A stretch of DNA of 64,000 nucleotides from an uncultured Prolixibacteraceae bacterium (GCA_964429135.1 CAYSAU010000004.1:127028-191027); one strand, 5' to 3'; counted from the first letter of the stretch, positions 19,838 through 30,197 are shown. Numbers and translations: made by a program. The notes: generated by a model from the sequence alone, not told the origin.

Positions 19838-20932
19838 ATGAATAAAGCTTTTAAGAATAAACTAAGTGTAATAGTCGGTTTAAGTGGCGGGGTTGACTCT
19901 TCTATGGCAGCCTACTTGCTTAAGCAGCAAGGGTTTGACGTTATTGGAGTTACTATGGCACTATGGGATGGACAATATTACAAAACGGGAAAACATGCTT
20001 GCTATGGCTCCGATGAACAGCAGGAAATCAAGGAAGCCAGGTCGATGGCGGATAAATTGAAAATTCCCCATTATATATTTAATTGTGCCTTGGAATATAA
20101 GGATTCTGTATTACGGTATTTCCGGACTGAGTATCTTTCCGGACGTACACCGAATCCCTGTATTCAGTGTAATCAACTCATTAAATTCGGTCTTTTACCA
20201 GCTTTGGCTGAAAAAGAAGGCCTTGCCTTTGATTTTTTTGCTACCGGTCATTATGCAAAATGCTGGTGGGATGAAGCAAGACAAAGGTTTTTATTATCGA
20301 AAGCGGCAGATCCCAATAAGGATCAGACCTATTTCTTATATCGGCTGAGCCAGGAACAACTTTCAAAAGTCATGTTCCCTCTTGGGGATTATGAAAAGCC
20401 TGCCATTAAAGCCCTTGCGCATGAGGTCGGGATCACGGCAGTGGATTTGGAGGAAAGCCAGGATTTTTATGGAGGTGATTATAAAGAACTTCTCGGTACT
20501 GAAGAACATCCGGGTCATATCGTGAATTTAAAAGGGAAAGTCCTGGGACAGCATAAGGGGATTTGGAATTATACTATCGGACAGCGTAAAGGACTGGGAA
20601 TCGCTCATTCTGAACCTCTGTATGTGATTGCTTTTGATAAAGACAAAAATCATGTTATTGTCGGAACCAGGGAGGAAACTTACCATTCTTCTTTTATGGT
20701 ATCTGACCTGAACTGGATTTCATTGGAGAAACTCAAAAAACCCATGGAAGTCCTTTGCAAAACTCGTTCTGCTCAAAAAGAAAAGGAAGCACTGCTTGAG
20801 CCTATGGGAAAGGATGAGGTACTGGTAACTTTTTTTCATCCCAGCGACAGCATTGCCCCAGGACAATCGGCGGTGTTTTATGAGGGAGATGTTGTCGTCG
20901 GAGGTGGAATCATTAAATCAATCAGGAATTAA
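19838..20932 (+). CDS. mnmA: tRNA 2-thiouridine(34) synthase MnmA
   Basis: It has the PP-loop GLSGGVDSS, then RTPNPCIQCNQLIKF and DQTYFLY. The start is placed at the ATG at 19838 (MNKAFKN); the ORF-track start is a TTG at 19829. Confidence 0.92.
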   Translation: MNKAFKNKLSVIVGLSGGVDSSMAAYLLKQQGFDVIGVTMALWDGQYYKTGKHACYGSDEQQEIKEARSMADKLKIPHYIFNCALEYKDSVLRYFRTEYLSGRTPNPCIQCNQLIKFGLLPALAEKEGLAFDFFATGHYAKCWWDEARQRFLLSKAADPNKDQTYFLYRLSQEQLSKVMFPLGDYEKPAIKALAHEVGITAVDLEESQDFYGGDYKELLGTEEHPGHIVNLKGKVLGQHKGIWNYTIGQRKGLGIAHSEPLYVIAFDKDKNHVIVGTREETYHSSFMVSDLNWISLEKLKKPMEVLCKTRSAQKEKEALLEPMGKDEVLVTFFHPSDSIAPGQSAVFYEGDVVVGGGIIKSIRN

Positions 20933-20935
20933 GAG

Positions 20936-20953
20936 TGAGGAATTAGGAATTAA
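20936..20953 (+). promoter_or_regulatory. 18-nt element TGAGGAATTAGGAATTAA, copy 1 (11 nt upstream of the M28 peptidase ATG)
   Basis: It is an exact match to the reverse complement of 26409..26426. It starts 3 nt after the mnmA stop and is built of AGGAATT heptamers. Confidence 0.5.
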
Positions 20954-20964
20954 AAACAGCAGTG

Positions 20965-22749
20965 ATGAGATTTCTTAAGGTTTATACCATTTTTTTCTTG
21001 TATGGGGTTTCTTTGTCGCTTTTTGCTCAGAAGGGTGAGGTTACAACTCAGGAGCTTCATGATTTCGTGCAATTTCTGGCTTCTGATTCGTTGAAAGGAA
21101 GAAAACCCGGGAGCCCTGAGATCAATGTCGCTGCCCGTTTTATTCTTGATCATTTTAAGTCGATAGGGTTAAAACCTTTAGCGGATGACGGATATCAAAA
21201 TTTTGATATCGTTACGGATATCCAATTGGGTGAAGGGAATAGATTTGGTTTTGATGGTTTTCAGGGAGAACTGAAAAAGGATTTTATTCCCCTTGCTTTT
21301 TCTTCAAGCGGGGAAATTAATGCCCCCGTGGTTTTTGCCGGTTATGGGTTTGATCTTTCGCTCGATAGCTTGGAGCGGAATGATTATTCAGGGCTAGAGG
21401 TTAAAGGGAAATGGGTGATGGTCTTTCGTGCAGATCCTGAACTTGAAAATCCCGACAGTAGATTTATCCCTTTCAGTGATGTACGAAGCAAAATTCTGAC
21501 GGCCAAAGATAAAGGCGCTGCAGGCGTTTTATTGGTGACATCAAAAGGACTTGAAAAAGAAGATAAGCTGATGTCACTGGTCGTGGAAAACAATGAAATG
21601 ACGAGTGGGATCCCGGTGATCAATATAAAACGACAACTGGCTGATCAAATCCTGAAAAAGACCGGATGGAGGATTGACAGTCTTGAACAGGGTATGGTTG
21701 CCGGGAAGACTTCCATAGGTCTCGAGATTCCATTATACGTGTCAGCCCGGGTTGAAGTGATTCAGCAGACAGAGAAAACAGCCAATGTCGTCGCCTGCCT
21801 GGAAGGAAATGATCCCCAGTTGAAGGAGGAGTACCTTGTGGTTGGCGCTCATTATGATCATCTGGGTTTCGGAGGTCAGGGAAGCGGATCGCGGATGCCC
21901 GATTCAGTAGTCATTCATAACGGGGCTGATGACAATGCTTCAGGTACGGCCATGATCATGGCGCTGGCGGGAAAGCTTGCCGCAGAAAAGAAAAAGCTGA
22001 AGAGAAGTATCCTCTTTGTTGCATTCAGTGCAGAGGAAATCGGACTGATAGGATCAAAATATTTTACCAGTCATCCTGTGGTGGATTTAAAGAAGATTAA
22101 AACTATGTTTAACTTCGATATGGTAGGTCGTTTTGATAAGGAAAAGAACTCTATATCAGTGAGCGGAACTGCTTCCTCTATGGAAGCAGATTCAATACTC
22201 CACCAACTTGAAACCGGTCTGTCCTTTAAGGTCGTACATTCTCCGGATGGCTATGGTCCTTCAGACCATGCTTCTTTCTTTGCTGCTGATATTCCGGTTT
22301 TCTATGTCAGTACCGGTGTTCATACAGATTATCATACTCCTTATGATGATACGGAAAAACTTGATTTTCAGGGTATGAAAAAAGTTGCAGATTATGCTGC
22401 GACACTGATTCTAACCATTGATACCCTTACCAGTGCTTTAACTTTCAAAGCTGGTGGAAAAAAGGGTATAACTGGCCGTAGTGGTCGTCGCCTGAAGGTG
22501 ACCCTTGGGATCATGCCGGATTTTGCAGGCAGCGAAAAAAAGGGGCTCAGGGTGGATGGAGTGACCAAAGATGGCCCAGCGGATAAAGGAGGGTTGAGGA
22601 AAGGCGATATCATCGTGGGTTTGAATGGCATGAGCGTAGGTGATATTTATGAATATATGTCGCGTCTTTCAAAGCTGAAACATGGTATGACCGTCAACGT
22701 GGAAATAATCCGCGATGACAGACATGAAGTTTTAATCATGCAATTGTAG
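20965..22749 (+). CDS. M28 family zinc peptidase with a PA-like insert and a C-terminal PDZ domain
   Basis: It has a signal peptide, the M28 metal ligands HYDH, GADDNASG, EE(IG) and NFDMVG, and the PDZ segment GLRVDGVTKDGPADKGGLRKGDIIVGLNG. Confidence 0.85.
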   Translation: MRFLKVYTIFFLYGVSLSLFAQKGEVTTQELHDFVQFLASDSLKGRKPGSPEINVAARFILDHFKSIGLKPLADDGYQNFDIVTDIQLGEGNRFGFDGFQGELKKDFIPLAFSSSGEINAPVVFAGYGFDLSLDSLERNDYSGLEVKGKWVMVFRADPELENPDSRFIPFSDVRSKILTAKDKGAAGVLLVTSKGLEKEDKLMSLVVENNEMTSGIPVINIKRQLADQILKKTGWRIDSLEQGMVAGKTSIGLEIPLYVSARVEVIQQTEKTANVVACLEGNDPQLKEEYLVVGAHYDHLGFGGQGSGSRMPDSVVIHNGADDNASGTAMIMALAGKLAAEKKKLKRSILFVAFSAEEIGLIGSKYFTSHPVVDLKKIKTMFNFDMVGRFDKEKNSISVSGTASSMEADSILHQLETGLSFKVVHSPDGYGPSDHASFFAADIPVFYVSTGVHTDYHTPYDDTEKLDFQGMKKVADYAATLILTIDTLTSALTFKAGGKKGITGRSGRRLKVTLGIMPDFAGSEKKGLRVDGVTKDGPADKGGLRKGDIIVGLNGMSVGDIYEYMSRLSKLKHGMTVNVEIIRDDRHEVLIMQL

Positions 22750-22786
22750 ATCATTCATTTATCACTTGTTTATTGTAATTCTGGTT

Positions 22787-23188
22787 ATGGATCTTCAATC
22801 TTTCTTCAACGATGCCTTTTTACTGAAATTTATCAAATTCAGCCTGGTTGGTTTTTCAGGTGTTCTGGTGGATTTCGGGATTACCTTTATATGTAAAGAA
22901 TTTCTTAGGATTCAGAAATATTTTGCCAATGCCATAGGTTTTACATTGGCTGCTACTACCAATTACATGCTGAATCGTATCTGGACTTTTCATAGCCATA
23001 ATCCGAACATTACCCTTGAATTCACACGTTTTTTTATCATAGCCCTGATCGGGTTAGGAATCAACCTCCTCATCATATGGGCGATGTCGGGTAAATTTAA
23101 AGTGAATTTTTACCTGTCCAAACTGGTGGCCACCATCATCGTAATGGCCTGGAATTTTCTGATCAATGCGTATTATACGTTTGCCTGA
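22787..23188 (+). CDS. GtrA family membrane protein
   Basis: It has four TM segments. The pattern FIKFSLVGFSGVLVDFG...NYMLNRIWTF is typical of GtrA. The start is placed at the ATG at 22787. Confidence 0.75.
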   Translation: MDLQSFFNDAFLLKFIKFSLVGFSGVLVDFGITFICKEFLRIQKYFANAIGFTLAATTNYMLNRIWTFHSHNPNITLEFTRFFIIALIGLGINLLIIWAMSGKFKVNFYLSKLVATIIVMAWNFLINAYYTFA

Positions 23189-23265
23189 AAAGGATTGCAC
23201 TGAAAGAAATAATCTATCCGGCAAATCTCAGATTATTCCCTATGATTTTTATCTAGGCTACCTTG

Positions 23266-24156
23266 CTATTGAGTTTTTGTCATGGTGGCGGGAATGCAGA
23301 TAATAAAATCAGCTTTCCCGAAGTGTTCTTCCTCCAGCTTTGTCATGTTGTCCTGTTCCACACAACTGATGGTCAGGATTTTCACGGGAACAGTATTTTT
23401 CCGGATGTAGTCTTTGACATACCATACGACACCTTCATGGTTATCGCTGTGATAGGCGCCATTGAAATGGAGGAAACACATCCCGGTTCCCGGCCCGCCT
23501 TTCATGATGAATTGTGCCATGGTGGCATCTTTCAGCGCTTGAGCCTGACCGAGGTTTTGGGTCAGATGGGCTGGCATTCCGGCACCAACAACTTTCGCGA
23601 TGGAGCGATAACACTCCAGGGTGGTGTCGTATTTAATGGGGAGGGTAGCCATTAATCCACGCTGAGCCGCATTGAGGCTGTCGAGTCCTTCAAAGCCTTT
23701 CTGGTTGACCAGGGCTGCATATCTCCGGGGGACATTGGTGGCCACGAACGTTAACCCTTTTTCCCTGGCGAAGTCGAGCAGGGGAGCATAATCGGTCTTA
23801 TAATTTGCCCAAAGTTTGGCTTCCGCTTCAAAATCCTTTTTCCGGATTTGCTTGGAGATATATTCACTGACAAGCAACTGATTATCCCTTTCAAACATTT
23901 CTGCTCCCATCATCAGATGGTCTGTTTTTTCTTCATACAGGTCGCGCATCAGCTCATATTCCAGCCAATGACAGATAGGATTATCATGTAATTCGCCGAA
24001 AAAGATAAGATCGGATGATTTTGCCGCTTTCAGAAGAGCTGTATAATCAAATGATTTTCCCTGGGAGGAAAAGATCACGTAAGCAGGTTTGTCGCTTTTA
24101 AAAGCAGTAAGAATAAAAAAACCAAGCAGTATCAAGAGGGTGGAATATTTTTTCAT
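23266..24156 (-). CDS. ChaN-like (DUF399 / haem-binding uptake family) secreted protein
   Basis: It has a signal peptide and IFFGELHDNPICHWLEYELMRDL, the hallmark of the ChaN/Cofac_haem_bdg family. This is recognition by eye. Confidence 0.6.
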   Translation of the reverse strand: MKKYSTLLILLGFFILTAFKSDKPAYVIFSSQGKSFDYTALLKAAKSSDLIFFGELHDNPICHWLEYELMRDLYEEKTDHLMMGAEMFERDNQLLVSEYISKQIRKKDFEAEAKLWANYKTDYAPLLDFAREKGLTFVATNVPRRYAALVNQKGFEGLDSLNAAQRGLMATLPIKYDTTLECYRSIAKVVGAGMPAHLTQNLGQAQALKDATMAQFIMKGGPGTGMCFLHFNGAYHSDNHEGVVWYVKDYIRKNTVPVKILTISCVEQDNMTKLEEEHFGKADFIICIPATMTKTQ

Positions 24157-24164
24157 AGGAAGAA

Positions 24165-24662
24165 TTATTTGGGATCTTTCATCAGGTTTGTTTCCATAAA
24201 GGCCAGGGGCAGCAAAGTCTGCATCCCCTCTATCACATAAATTGATCCGCTTTGCCCGCCCAGGATCAGTCTGATTTTTTGTCGAAATTTTATTTCATAT
24301 TCAACGATGGCCTGGCGACATAAGCCACAGGGAGGAACGGGTTCATTCACCCGGAAAGAATCCGCGCTGGCTGTAATGGCAAGGGCTTTGATCGGGATAC
24401 CGGGATACTGTGATACAGCAGCATAAACGGCTACGCGTTCAGCACATAAGCCGGAAGGAAAGGCCATGTTTTCCTGGTTGCTCCCGCTGATAACAATACC
24501 GTTTTCCAGCATTGCTGCCGCCCCGACATGGTAATTAGAATAGGGAGCATAGGAGGAGATCAGTGCCTTTTTGGCAGCATCAAGCAACCCACGGTCTTCC
24601 CCGCACAATTCCTTGTCGGAATCAAAAATCTGGTAATCGAATGAATGTGTGCAATGTTTCAT
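24165..24662 (-). CDS. cdd: cytidine deaminase
   Basis: It has the zinc ligands CAERVAV and PCGLCRQ. The start is moved to M15 (24662) so that it does not overlap the upstream peptidase stop at 24673. Confidence 0.88.
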   Translation of the reverse strand: MKHCTHSFDYQIFDSDKELCGEDRGLLDAAKKALISSYAPYSNYHVGAAAMLENGIVISGSNQENMAFPSGLCAERVAVYAAVSQYPGIPIKALAITASADSFRVNEPVPPCGLCRQAIVEYEIKFRQKIRLILGGQSGSIYVIEGMQTLLPLAFMETNLMKDPK

Positions 24663-24672
24663 GGGAGAGGGT

Positions 24673-26397
24673 TTAATCCAGCAAATTATCATCCTCCTCC
24701 TCAACGGCCGGATTTAAGGTATCCGGTTTGGGCGGAATATATTTCCCGCTCAGAATGCCGGTATATTTTTCTGGATCTTTAAGGGTAGAGATGGCCAGTG
24801 TAATTTCCGGATCCTTGTTCAGTGAAGATTCGATTTTTCCTTTTTGATAGTAATACCGGGTGACGATTTCCATTTTCAGCAGCTCACGTATCTGGCTTTC
24901 ATATTTTTTAAGGTCCTCTTTTTTATCACTTTCTATTTTTGCTTTCAGATGATCGTATTCTTCCTGTATGGCGCTGAGATAATTTTCCTTTTCCGCTTCT
25001 TTTTTCAACCGTTCGAGTGCCTGTTCGCTGCTGGTAGTATAGGAATAGTTTTTATCGGCTAAATAATTCAGGAAATCCTGGTAAGTATCTTCATCGAGTT
25101 CGAAATTGGATGCAGGGGGAATGGTTTTATTGAGTCTGGCAAATCGTGTGGCATAATCGAAGATCAGAAACTTTCGGTAAAGGGTGGTGGCCAGAGTGCT
25201 GAATTTCCGCGGAGGTAAAATCAGATCAGGACTGATACCACCTCCGTCGTAGACACTTCTTCCATTTTTGGTTTTAAATTCCCGGATCAGAGAATCAGGT
25301 ATTTTTCCGAAAGCGCCTTCCTTGTTTTTATGGGAATAGTCGATGGCCTGGATACAGCGCCCGCTTGGAATATAATATTTAGCAACGGTTATTTTTAGCT
25401 GAGCATTGTAGCTCAGGGGAACCACATTCTGAACCAGTCCTTTACCGAAGGTTCTTTGGCCGATAATGACTCCACGGTCGAGGTCCTGAATAGATCCGGC
25501 AAGGATCTCGCTGGCTGAAGCGCTCTGACGGTCAACCATAATGGCAAGGGGTATTTTAAGATCAAGTGGGGGGTTCATGGTGAGGTGGGTCCGGTTTTTA
25601 TCAGCTTTTTTGCCTTTGGTACTGACGATTTCCTGTCCGCGTTCCACAAATAAATTCGCGATGTCAACGGCTTCATTAAGTAATCCGCCTCCATTACCCC
25701 TTAGATCTAAAATAATCCCTTTTAATTCGCGGGATTCTTTAAGTTTCAGAAAAGCCTGCTTCACCTCTTTTGCTGCATTTTGAGTGAAACCGGAAATCTT
25801 CACATATCCGATTTGGGAATCAACCATTCCCGCATACGGGATGTTGTCGATTTTTATAATTTCACGGGTAATGTTCAATTCAATTGGAGCAGTTTCACCC
25901 TCCCGTTCAATCACCAGATCAATCTTAGTTCCGGGTTGTCCTTTGAGTATGGCACTGACCTGATCGTAAGTCTTGTTTTTAGCAGACTGATGGTTGACCT
26001 CAATGATTTTATCCCCGGCTTTTAATCCGGCTTTCCAGGCTGGTGAACCCTCGTAAGGTTCTGAAATAATCACGTAATCGCCCTGTTGATGGATCAGCGA
26101 TCCTATCCCGCCATACTGACCGGTTGTAATGAATTTATAGTCTTCCACCTGTGATTCGGGAATAAAATTAGTATAGGGGTCAAGGGATTCAAGCATGGCG
26201 TTAATACCAGTCTGGGTAATTTCACCGGGTTTAATGACATCTACATATTCTGTGCTTAATTCCTTGATCAAGGTGGAATAAATATCCAGGTTTTTTAAAA
26301 TTTCAAAACCATCCTCTCCAGTTGCCTGAGCAAACAGAGAATGACTGTTAAAAAGAATAACCCAGGCAAATAACCCTATAACAACAATACGCTTCAT
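24673..26397 (-). CDS. S41 family C-terminal processing peptidase (Ctp/Tsp-like) with a PDZ domain
   Basis: It has a signal peptide, a PDZ domain (PAWKAGLKAGDKIIEVN), the catalytic region DRQSASASEILAG and TFGKGLVQ. Confidence 0.88.
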   Translation of the reverse strand: MKRIVVIGLFAWVILFNSHSLFAQATGEDGFEILKNLDIYSTLIKELSTEYVDVIKPGEITQTGINAMLESLDPYTNFIPESQVEDYKFITTGQYGGIGSLIHQQGDYVIISEPYEGSPAWKAGLKAGDKIIEVNHQSAKNKTYDQVSAILKGQPGTKIDLVIEREGETAPIELNITREIIKIDNIPYAGMVDSQIGYVKISGFTQNAAKEVKQAFLKLKESRELKGIILDLRGNGGGLLNEAVDIANLFVERGQEIVSTKGKKADKNRTHLTMNPPLDLKIPLAIMVDRQSASASEILAGSIQDLDRGVIIGQRTFGKGLVQNVVPLSYNAQLKITVAKYYIPSGRCIQAIDYSHKNKEGAFGKIPDSLIREFKTKNGRSVYDGGGISPDLILPPRKFSTLATTLYRKFLIFDYATRFARLNKTIPPASNFELDEDTYQDFLNYLADKNYSYTTSSEQALERLKKEAEKENYLSAIQEEYDHLKAKIESDKKEDLKKYESQIRELLKMEIVTRYYYQKGKIESSLNKDPEITLAISTLKDPEKYTGILSGKYIPPKPDTLNPAVEEEDDNLLD

Positions 26398-26408
26398 GTA
26401 TCTAATTC

Positions 26409-26426
26409 TTAATTCCTAATTCCTCA
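26409..26426 (-). promoter_or_regulatory. 18-nt element TGAGGAATTAGGAATTAA, copy 2 (11 nt upstream of the S41 peptidase ATG)
   Basis: The minus strand reads TAA-ATAA-TGAGGAATTAGGAATTAA-GAATTAGATAC-ATG. It is identical to 20936..20953 and has the same 11-nt spacer length to the start codon. Confidence 0.5.
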
Positions 26427-26430
26427 TTAT

Positions 26431-26652
26431 TTATGGTACCGGATCAAATCCTTTTCCTCCCCAGGGGTGGCAACGGCTTAATCGTTTTAATACCAGCCAT
26501 CCTCCTTTCCACGCTCCGTGCTTTTGAATAGCCTCAATGCCGTATTGAGAGCAACTTGGCGTAAACCGGCAGGAAGGCATGAAATAAGGCGAAATGGCTG
26601 CCTGATAAAATCGTATCAATAAAATAAAAAATTTACCGGGTAAGTTTTTCAT
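26431..26652 (-). CDS. yidD: membrane protein insertion efficiency factor YidD
   Basis: It has the signature [31 protein letters not shown] and is 73 aa long. Confidence 0.92.
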   Translation of the reverse strand: MKNLPGKFFILLIRFYQAAISPYFMPSCRFTPSCSQYGIEAIQKHGAWKGGWLVLKRLSRCHPWGGKGFDPVP

Positions 26653-27049
26653 TTACCTCTGTTAAACGCCGTAAAAGTAAGATTATTTTAGTTTGAATTT
26701 CGGTGAAAGGGAGTATTTCTTTAGCGATATAAGTGATACAAATCAGCAAGGAGGATGTTTTAGAGTGTAAAGATGGATTCAGGTGTTGCTTATTCAGCCG
26801 GTAGCTTTCCTTCATTCTTCTCCGGATGAGGTTTCTATCAACCGCTGAATGAAAATGATGCCTAGGTACGCTGAACATCACCTGGGGAAGAGGATTATCA
26901 AAGGTTTCCACGATAAGCCAGGTCATTCGAAAAGCTGGAACATGCAGCGTTGAACCTTCCCTGAATAGCTTACGAATAAGTTGAAAACGGCTCAGCCTTT
27001 CATTTTTTTTAAAGGGTTGCTTCACAAAGCTAAGATTTTGAATAAGCAA
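26633..27049 (-). CDS. rnpA: ribonuclease P protein component
   Basis: It is a basic ~138 aa protein with [19 protein letters not shown] and [13 protein letters not shown], located immediately upstream of yidD. The start is a TTG and its exact position is uncertain. Confidence 0.75.
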   Translation of the reverse strand: MLIQNLSFVKQPFKKNERLSRFQLIRKLFREGSTLHVPAFRMTWLIVETFDNPLPQVMFSVPRHHFHSAVDRNLIRRRMKESYRLNKQHLNPSLHSKTSSLLICITYIAKEILPFTEIQTKIILLLRRLTEVNEKLTR

Positions 27050-27802
27050 CTATTTCTTCTTACATTCCTGTAAGAGGAAATGTTCCATAGCCATAGTCAT
27101 GGAAGGAGCAGTTGGAGTGGGGGCCTCAAGGTTGAGATTCAGTCCGGCATCCTTCACGGCTTTTGCAGTGGCCGAACCAAAAGCAGCGATGATCGTATCC
27201 TGTTGTTGAAAATCAGGGAAATTCTTAAGCAGTGATTTGATCCCAGAGGGACTGAAGAAAACCAGCATATCATATTTCCTGATATCAATATCGGAAAGGT
27301 CGCTGGCTAAGGTTCTGTATATTATCGCTTTTTTATAAATGATCTTATGTTCATCAAGCATTTTCGGAATTTCCAGCTTGTGAATATCTGAACAAGGCAA
27401 TAAGAATTTTTCAGTCCTGTGCTTTTTTATATGTTCCATCAGGTTGGAGAAATTTTCCTTACTGTGGAATATTTTTCTTTTCCTGAACTGAACATACTTC
27501 TGAAGATAATATGCAGTGGATTCAGAAATGGTAAAGTATTTCATGGATTCAGGAACCTCTATCCTCATTTCTTTACACATCCTGAAATAATGATCAACGG
27601 CATTCCTCGAGGTAAAAATAACCGCCGAATAATCCAGGATGTTTATTCTTTCTTGCCGGAATTCTTTAGCCGTTAAGCCTTCAATTAAGAAGAACTTCCG
27701 GAAATGAATGTTAACATTGAACTTTTTTGCAATTTCCCCGTAAGGGGATTTCTCAAAATCGCTTGGTTTGTGTTGGGAAACGAGTATATTTTTTATTTTC
27801 AA
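27050..27802 (-). CDS. uroporphyrinogen-III synthase (HemD) family protein
   Basis: At 250 aa it has HemD-like two-lobe repeats (AVIFTSRNAV, LVFFSPSGIKS and AFGSATAKA). The start is a TTG. No other haem biosynthesis gene is nearby. Confidence 0.65.
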   Translation of the reverse strand: MKIKNILVSQHKPSDFEKSPYGEIAKKFNVNIHFRKFFLIEGLTAKEFRQERINILDYSAVIFTSRNAVDHYFRMCKEMRIEVPESMKYFTISESTAYYLQKYVQFRKRKIFHSKENFSNLMEHIKKHRTEKFLLPCSDIHKLEIPKMLDEHKIIYKKAIIYRTLASDLSDIDIRKYDMLVFFSPSGIKSLLKNFPDFQQQDTIIAAFGSATAKAVKDAGLNLNLEAPTPTAPSMTMAMEHFLLQECKKK

Positions 27803-27854
27803 GGCCTTTTTGTATTTCGCTAAATGAGTTCCTAATACCTTAAAAATCCCGTGG

Positions 27855-28634
27855 TTACGTGTAAATCAAGAAAAGTTTAACGATTACCATCAGGGGTAAA
27901 AATTCGAGGCTGCAAAGATATATAAATAAAAACAAATAAGAAAATTTTGTCATCGACAAGCCGATGAAAAAACCTCTCATAACCCTAAAAAGGAAGAGTA
28001 AGGTGAAGATGATCAAACAGATCCAGAGCAGTAAGATCGATTTCAGATAAAGGACCATAATTAGCAATGGGAGTAGCAAGATCCCAGAAATTAGACAGAA
28101 AATCAGCAGATTAAGCAAATATGCCCTTGTGGTTTCGCGGGTATTGAAAACCACAGAAAGAAATTGAATCAATATGATTTTCAATCCCCAGAAAACGGAG
28201 ATGCCCAGTATAATCATGATAAATATCCCCCAGGGAGGGATTTGAAAAAAAGAAAAATGAAGCAGGCTTTCATTGCACTGGAATAACAGAAGAGACAATG
28301 ATATAAGGTATAGGATTCCAAGGGCAATTGAAACCCTTTCCCTGAATAGATTCCCATCCCGGGATAACTGGTTGATAAACCTTTTTGAAAAAGGGGCTAA
28401 GCATATCTGTCGAATCCGCCTGTGGTAATGTACCTGAGCCCAGGCCAGCAAAACTAATCCAAAAAGCAGTATCCCCGTGATCCAGTCAGGTTGAAAGGGA
28501 CGGTATTCCCTGTTATGAAAATGAGAGGGACGAAGTTCATGGGTCAGAAAAGGAGAAACAGTGAACAGTTGTTCTTCGTGAGGATTGCTTTCCATGTTCA
28601 GGGTGGTATCCGGTGATTGATGGAGTGGGCTCAT
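27855..28634 (-). CDS. DUF4271-like polytopic membrane protein
   Basis: It has about 6 TM segments and its position upstream of the HemD-like gene is typical of Bacteroidota DUF4271. The start is placed at 28634, where an ATGA overlap with the upstream stop suggests coupling. Confidence 0.55.
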   Translation of the reverse strand: MSPLHQSPDTTLNMESNPHEEQLFTVSPFLTHELRPSHFHNREYRPFQPDWITGILLFGLVLLAWAQVHYHRRIRQICLAPFSKRFINQLSRDGNLFRERVSIALGILYLISLSLLLFQCNESLLHFSFFQIPPWGIFIMIILGISVFWGLKIILIQFLSVVFNTRETTRAYLLNLLIFCLISGILLLPLLIMVLYLKSILLLWICLIIFTLLFLFRVMRGFFIGLSMTKFSYLFLFIYLCSLEFLPLMVIVKLFLIYT

Positions 28635-29323
28635 CGTCCGGAAAAATAATCCCATAAAACATCGGATGGGGGAGGGGCAATGATTTTGATCGCTTCCTTT
28701 TTCACCGGATGGATGAATTCAAGAGAACGGGAATGAAGGTGGATGGAAGCATCGGGATTTGATCTTGGATATCCATATTTCAGATCACCCTTGATCGGAC
28801 ATCCGATGGCTGCAAGCTGAGCACGGATCTGGTGATGGCGTCCGGTAAGTAATTCCACTTCGAGCAGGTGATATCCTTTGCTGGAGTCAATCAGCGTATA
28901 ATTTAAGATGGCTTTTTTTGTGCCTGGTGAGGGAAAGCGGGTGATAAAACTTTTGTTTTTCACCTGATCCCGGCTAAGGTAGCCGACAAGTTGTTCCTTT
29001 ATTACGGGGGGATGCTGTTTGACAACTGCCCAGTATGTTTTATGAATGTTTCCCTGTTTCAACATTTCATTTAGCCGGGAAAGGGCTTTGGATGTCCGTG
29101 CAAAGATTATGGCACCGCTCACCGGCCGGTCAAGACGGTGAACCACACCCAGAAAAACCTCAGCGGGTTTTTGATATCTGACCTTAAGATAGGATTTTAC
29201 TTTCTCACTCAGGGGTTCATCCTTGGTTTTATCTCCCTGTACAATGGCCGAAGGGGGTTTGTTCAGGATGATCAGGTGGTTGTCTTCGTAAAGGATTTCA
29301 AGATCAGTACTGTTCTTTTTCAT
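28631..29323 (-). CDS. RluA family pseudouridine synthase
   Basis: It has the catalytic motif [10 protein letters not shown] plus [14 protein letters not shown] and HLHS. Confidence 0.88.
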   Translation of the reverse strand: MKKNSTDLEILYEDNHLIILNKPPSAIVQGDKTKDEPLSEKVKSYLKVRYQKPAEVFLGVVHRLDRPVSGAIIFARTSKALSRLNEMLKQGNIHKTYWAVVKQHPPVIKEQLVGYLSRDQVKNKSFITRFPSPGTKKAILNYTLIDSSKGYHLLEVELLTGRHHQIRAQLAAIGCPIKGDLKYGYPRSNPDASIHLHSRSLEFIHPVKKEAIKIIAPPPSDVLWDYFSGR

Positions 29324-30128
29324 TGGGGAAATCCAGTGATTTCACATCATTGATATAAGTGTTGACTGCTCCCCTGACCTCTTCCGATAAGTTATGGTAA
29401 CGACGAAGAAAACGAGGAGAAAATTCCAGTGTGATTCCAAGCATGTCATGAAGAACCAGAACCTGACCGTCCACTTTTTGTCCCGCCCCTATTCCGATGA
29501 TGGGTATTTTAAGTTCGGAAGTCACTTCAGCTCCTAATTTGGCCGGGATTTTCTCCAGTACGATGGCAAAACAACCTGCCTTTTCAAGCAGATGGGCATC
29601 ACTGATCAATTTGGTTGCTTCTTCTTCGGTAGTGGCACGTACCACATAAGTTCCGAATTTGTGAATCGACTGAGGGGTCAATCCGAGGTGTCCCATCACG
29701 GGTATTCCGGCCGAGAGAATGCGATCCACCGATTCGAGGATCTCTTTTCCACCCTCCATCTTGACAGCATCTGCACCACTTTCTTTCATAATTCTGATGG
29801 AAGAATTCAGTGCCTCGATGGAATTACCCTGATAGGTACCGAATGGCAGATCCACGACTACCAGCGCTCTTTTTACCGCCCTGACAACGGATGAGGCATG
29901 ATAAATCATTTCATTCAGGGTGATGGGGAGGGTTGAAGTATGTCCGGCCATCACGTTGGAAGCAGAATCACCTACCAGAATCACATCAATGCCTGTGGAA
30001 TCCAAAATCCTTGCAAAGGAATAATCGTAGGCAGTGAGCATGGTAATTTTTTCTCCTTTCAGCTTCATTTCCTGAAGGATGTGGGTCGTGACTTTCGTCA
30101 CATTCCGGAATGAAAACGCTGTAGCCAT
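29304..30128 (-). CDS. panB: 3-methyl-2-oxobutanoate hydroxymethyltransferase
   Basis: The motifs [26 protein letters not shown] and GHLGLTPQS are collinear with PanB. Confidence 0.92.
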   Translation of the reverse strand: MATAFSFRNVTKVTTHILQEMKLKGEKITMLTAYDYSFARILDSTGIDVILVGDSASNVMAGHTSTLPITLNEMIYHASSVVRAVKRALVVVDLPFGTYQGNSIEALNSSIRIMKESGADAVKMEGGKEILESVDRILSAGIPVMGHLGLTPQSIHKFGTYVVRATTEEEATKLISDAHLLEKAGCFAIVLEKIPAKLGAEVTSELKIPIIGIGAGQKVDGQVLVLHDMLGITLEFSPRFLRRYHNLSEEVRGAVNTYINDVKSLDFPNEKEQY

Positions 30129-30197
30129 ATTTTATATATTATCATGCAAAGCTACAATATTTTTATGTACATTTGCCTTCCGGAAATCTCTCACTTC

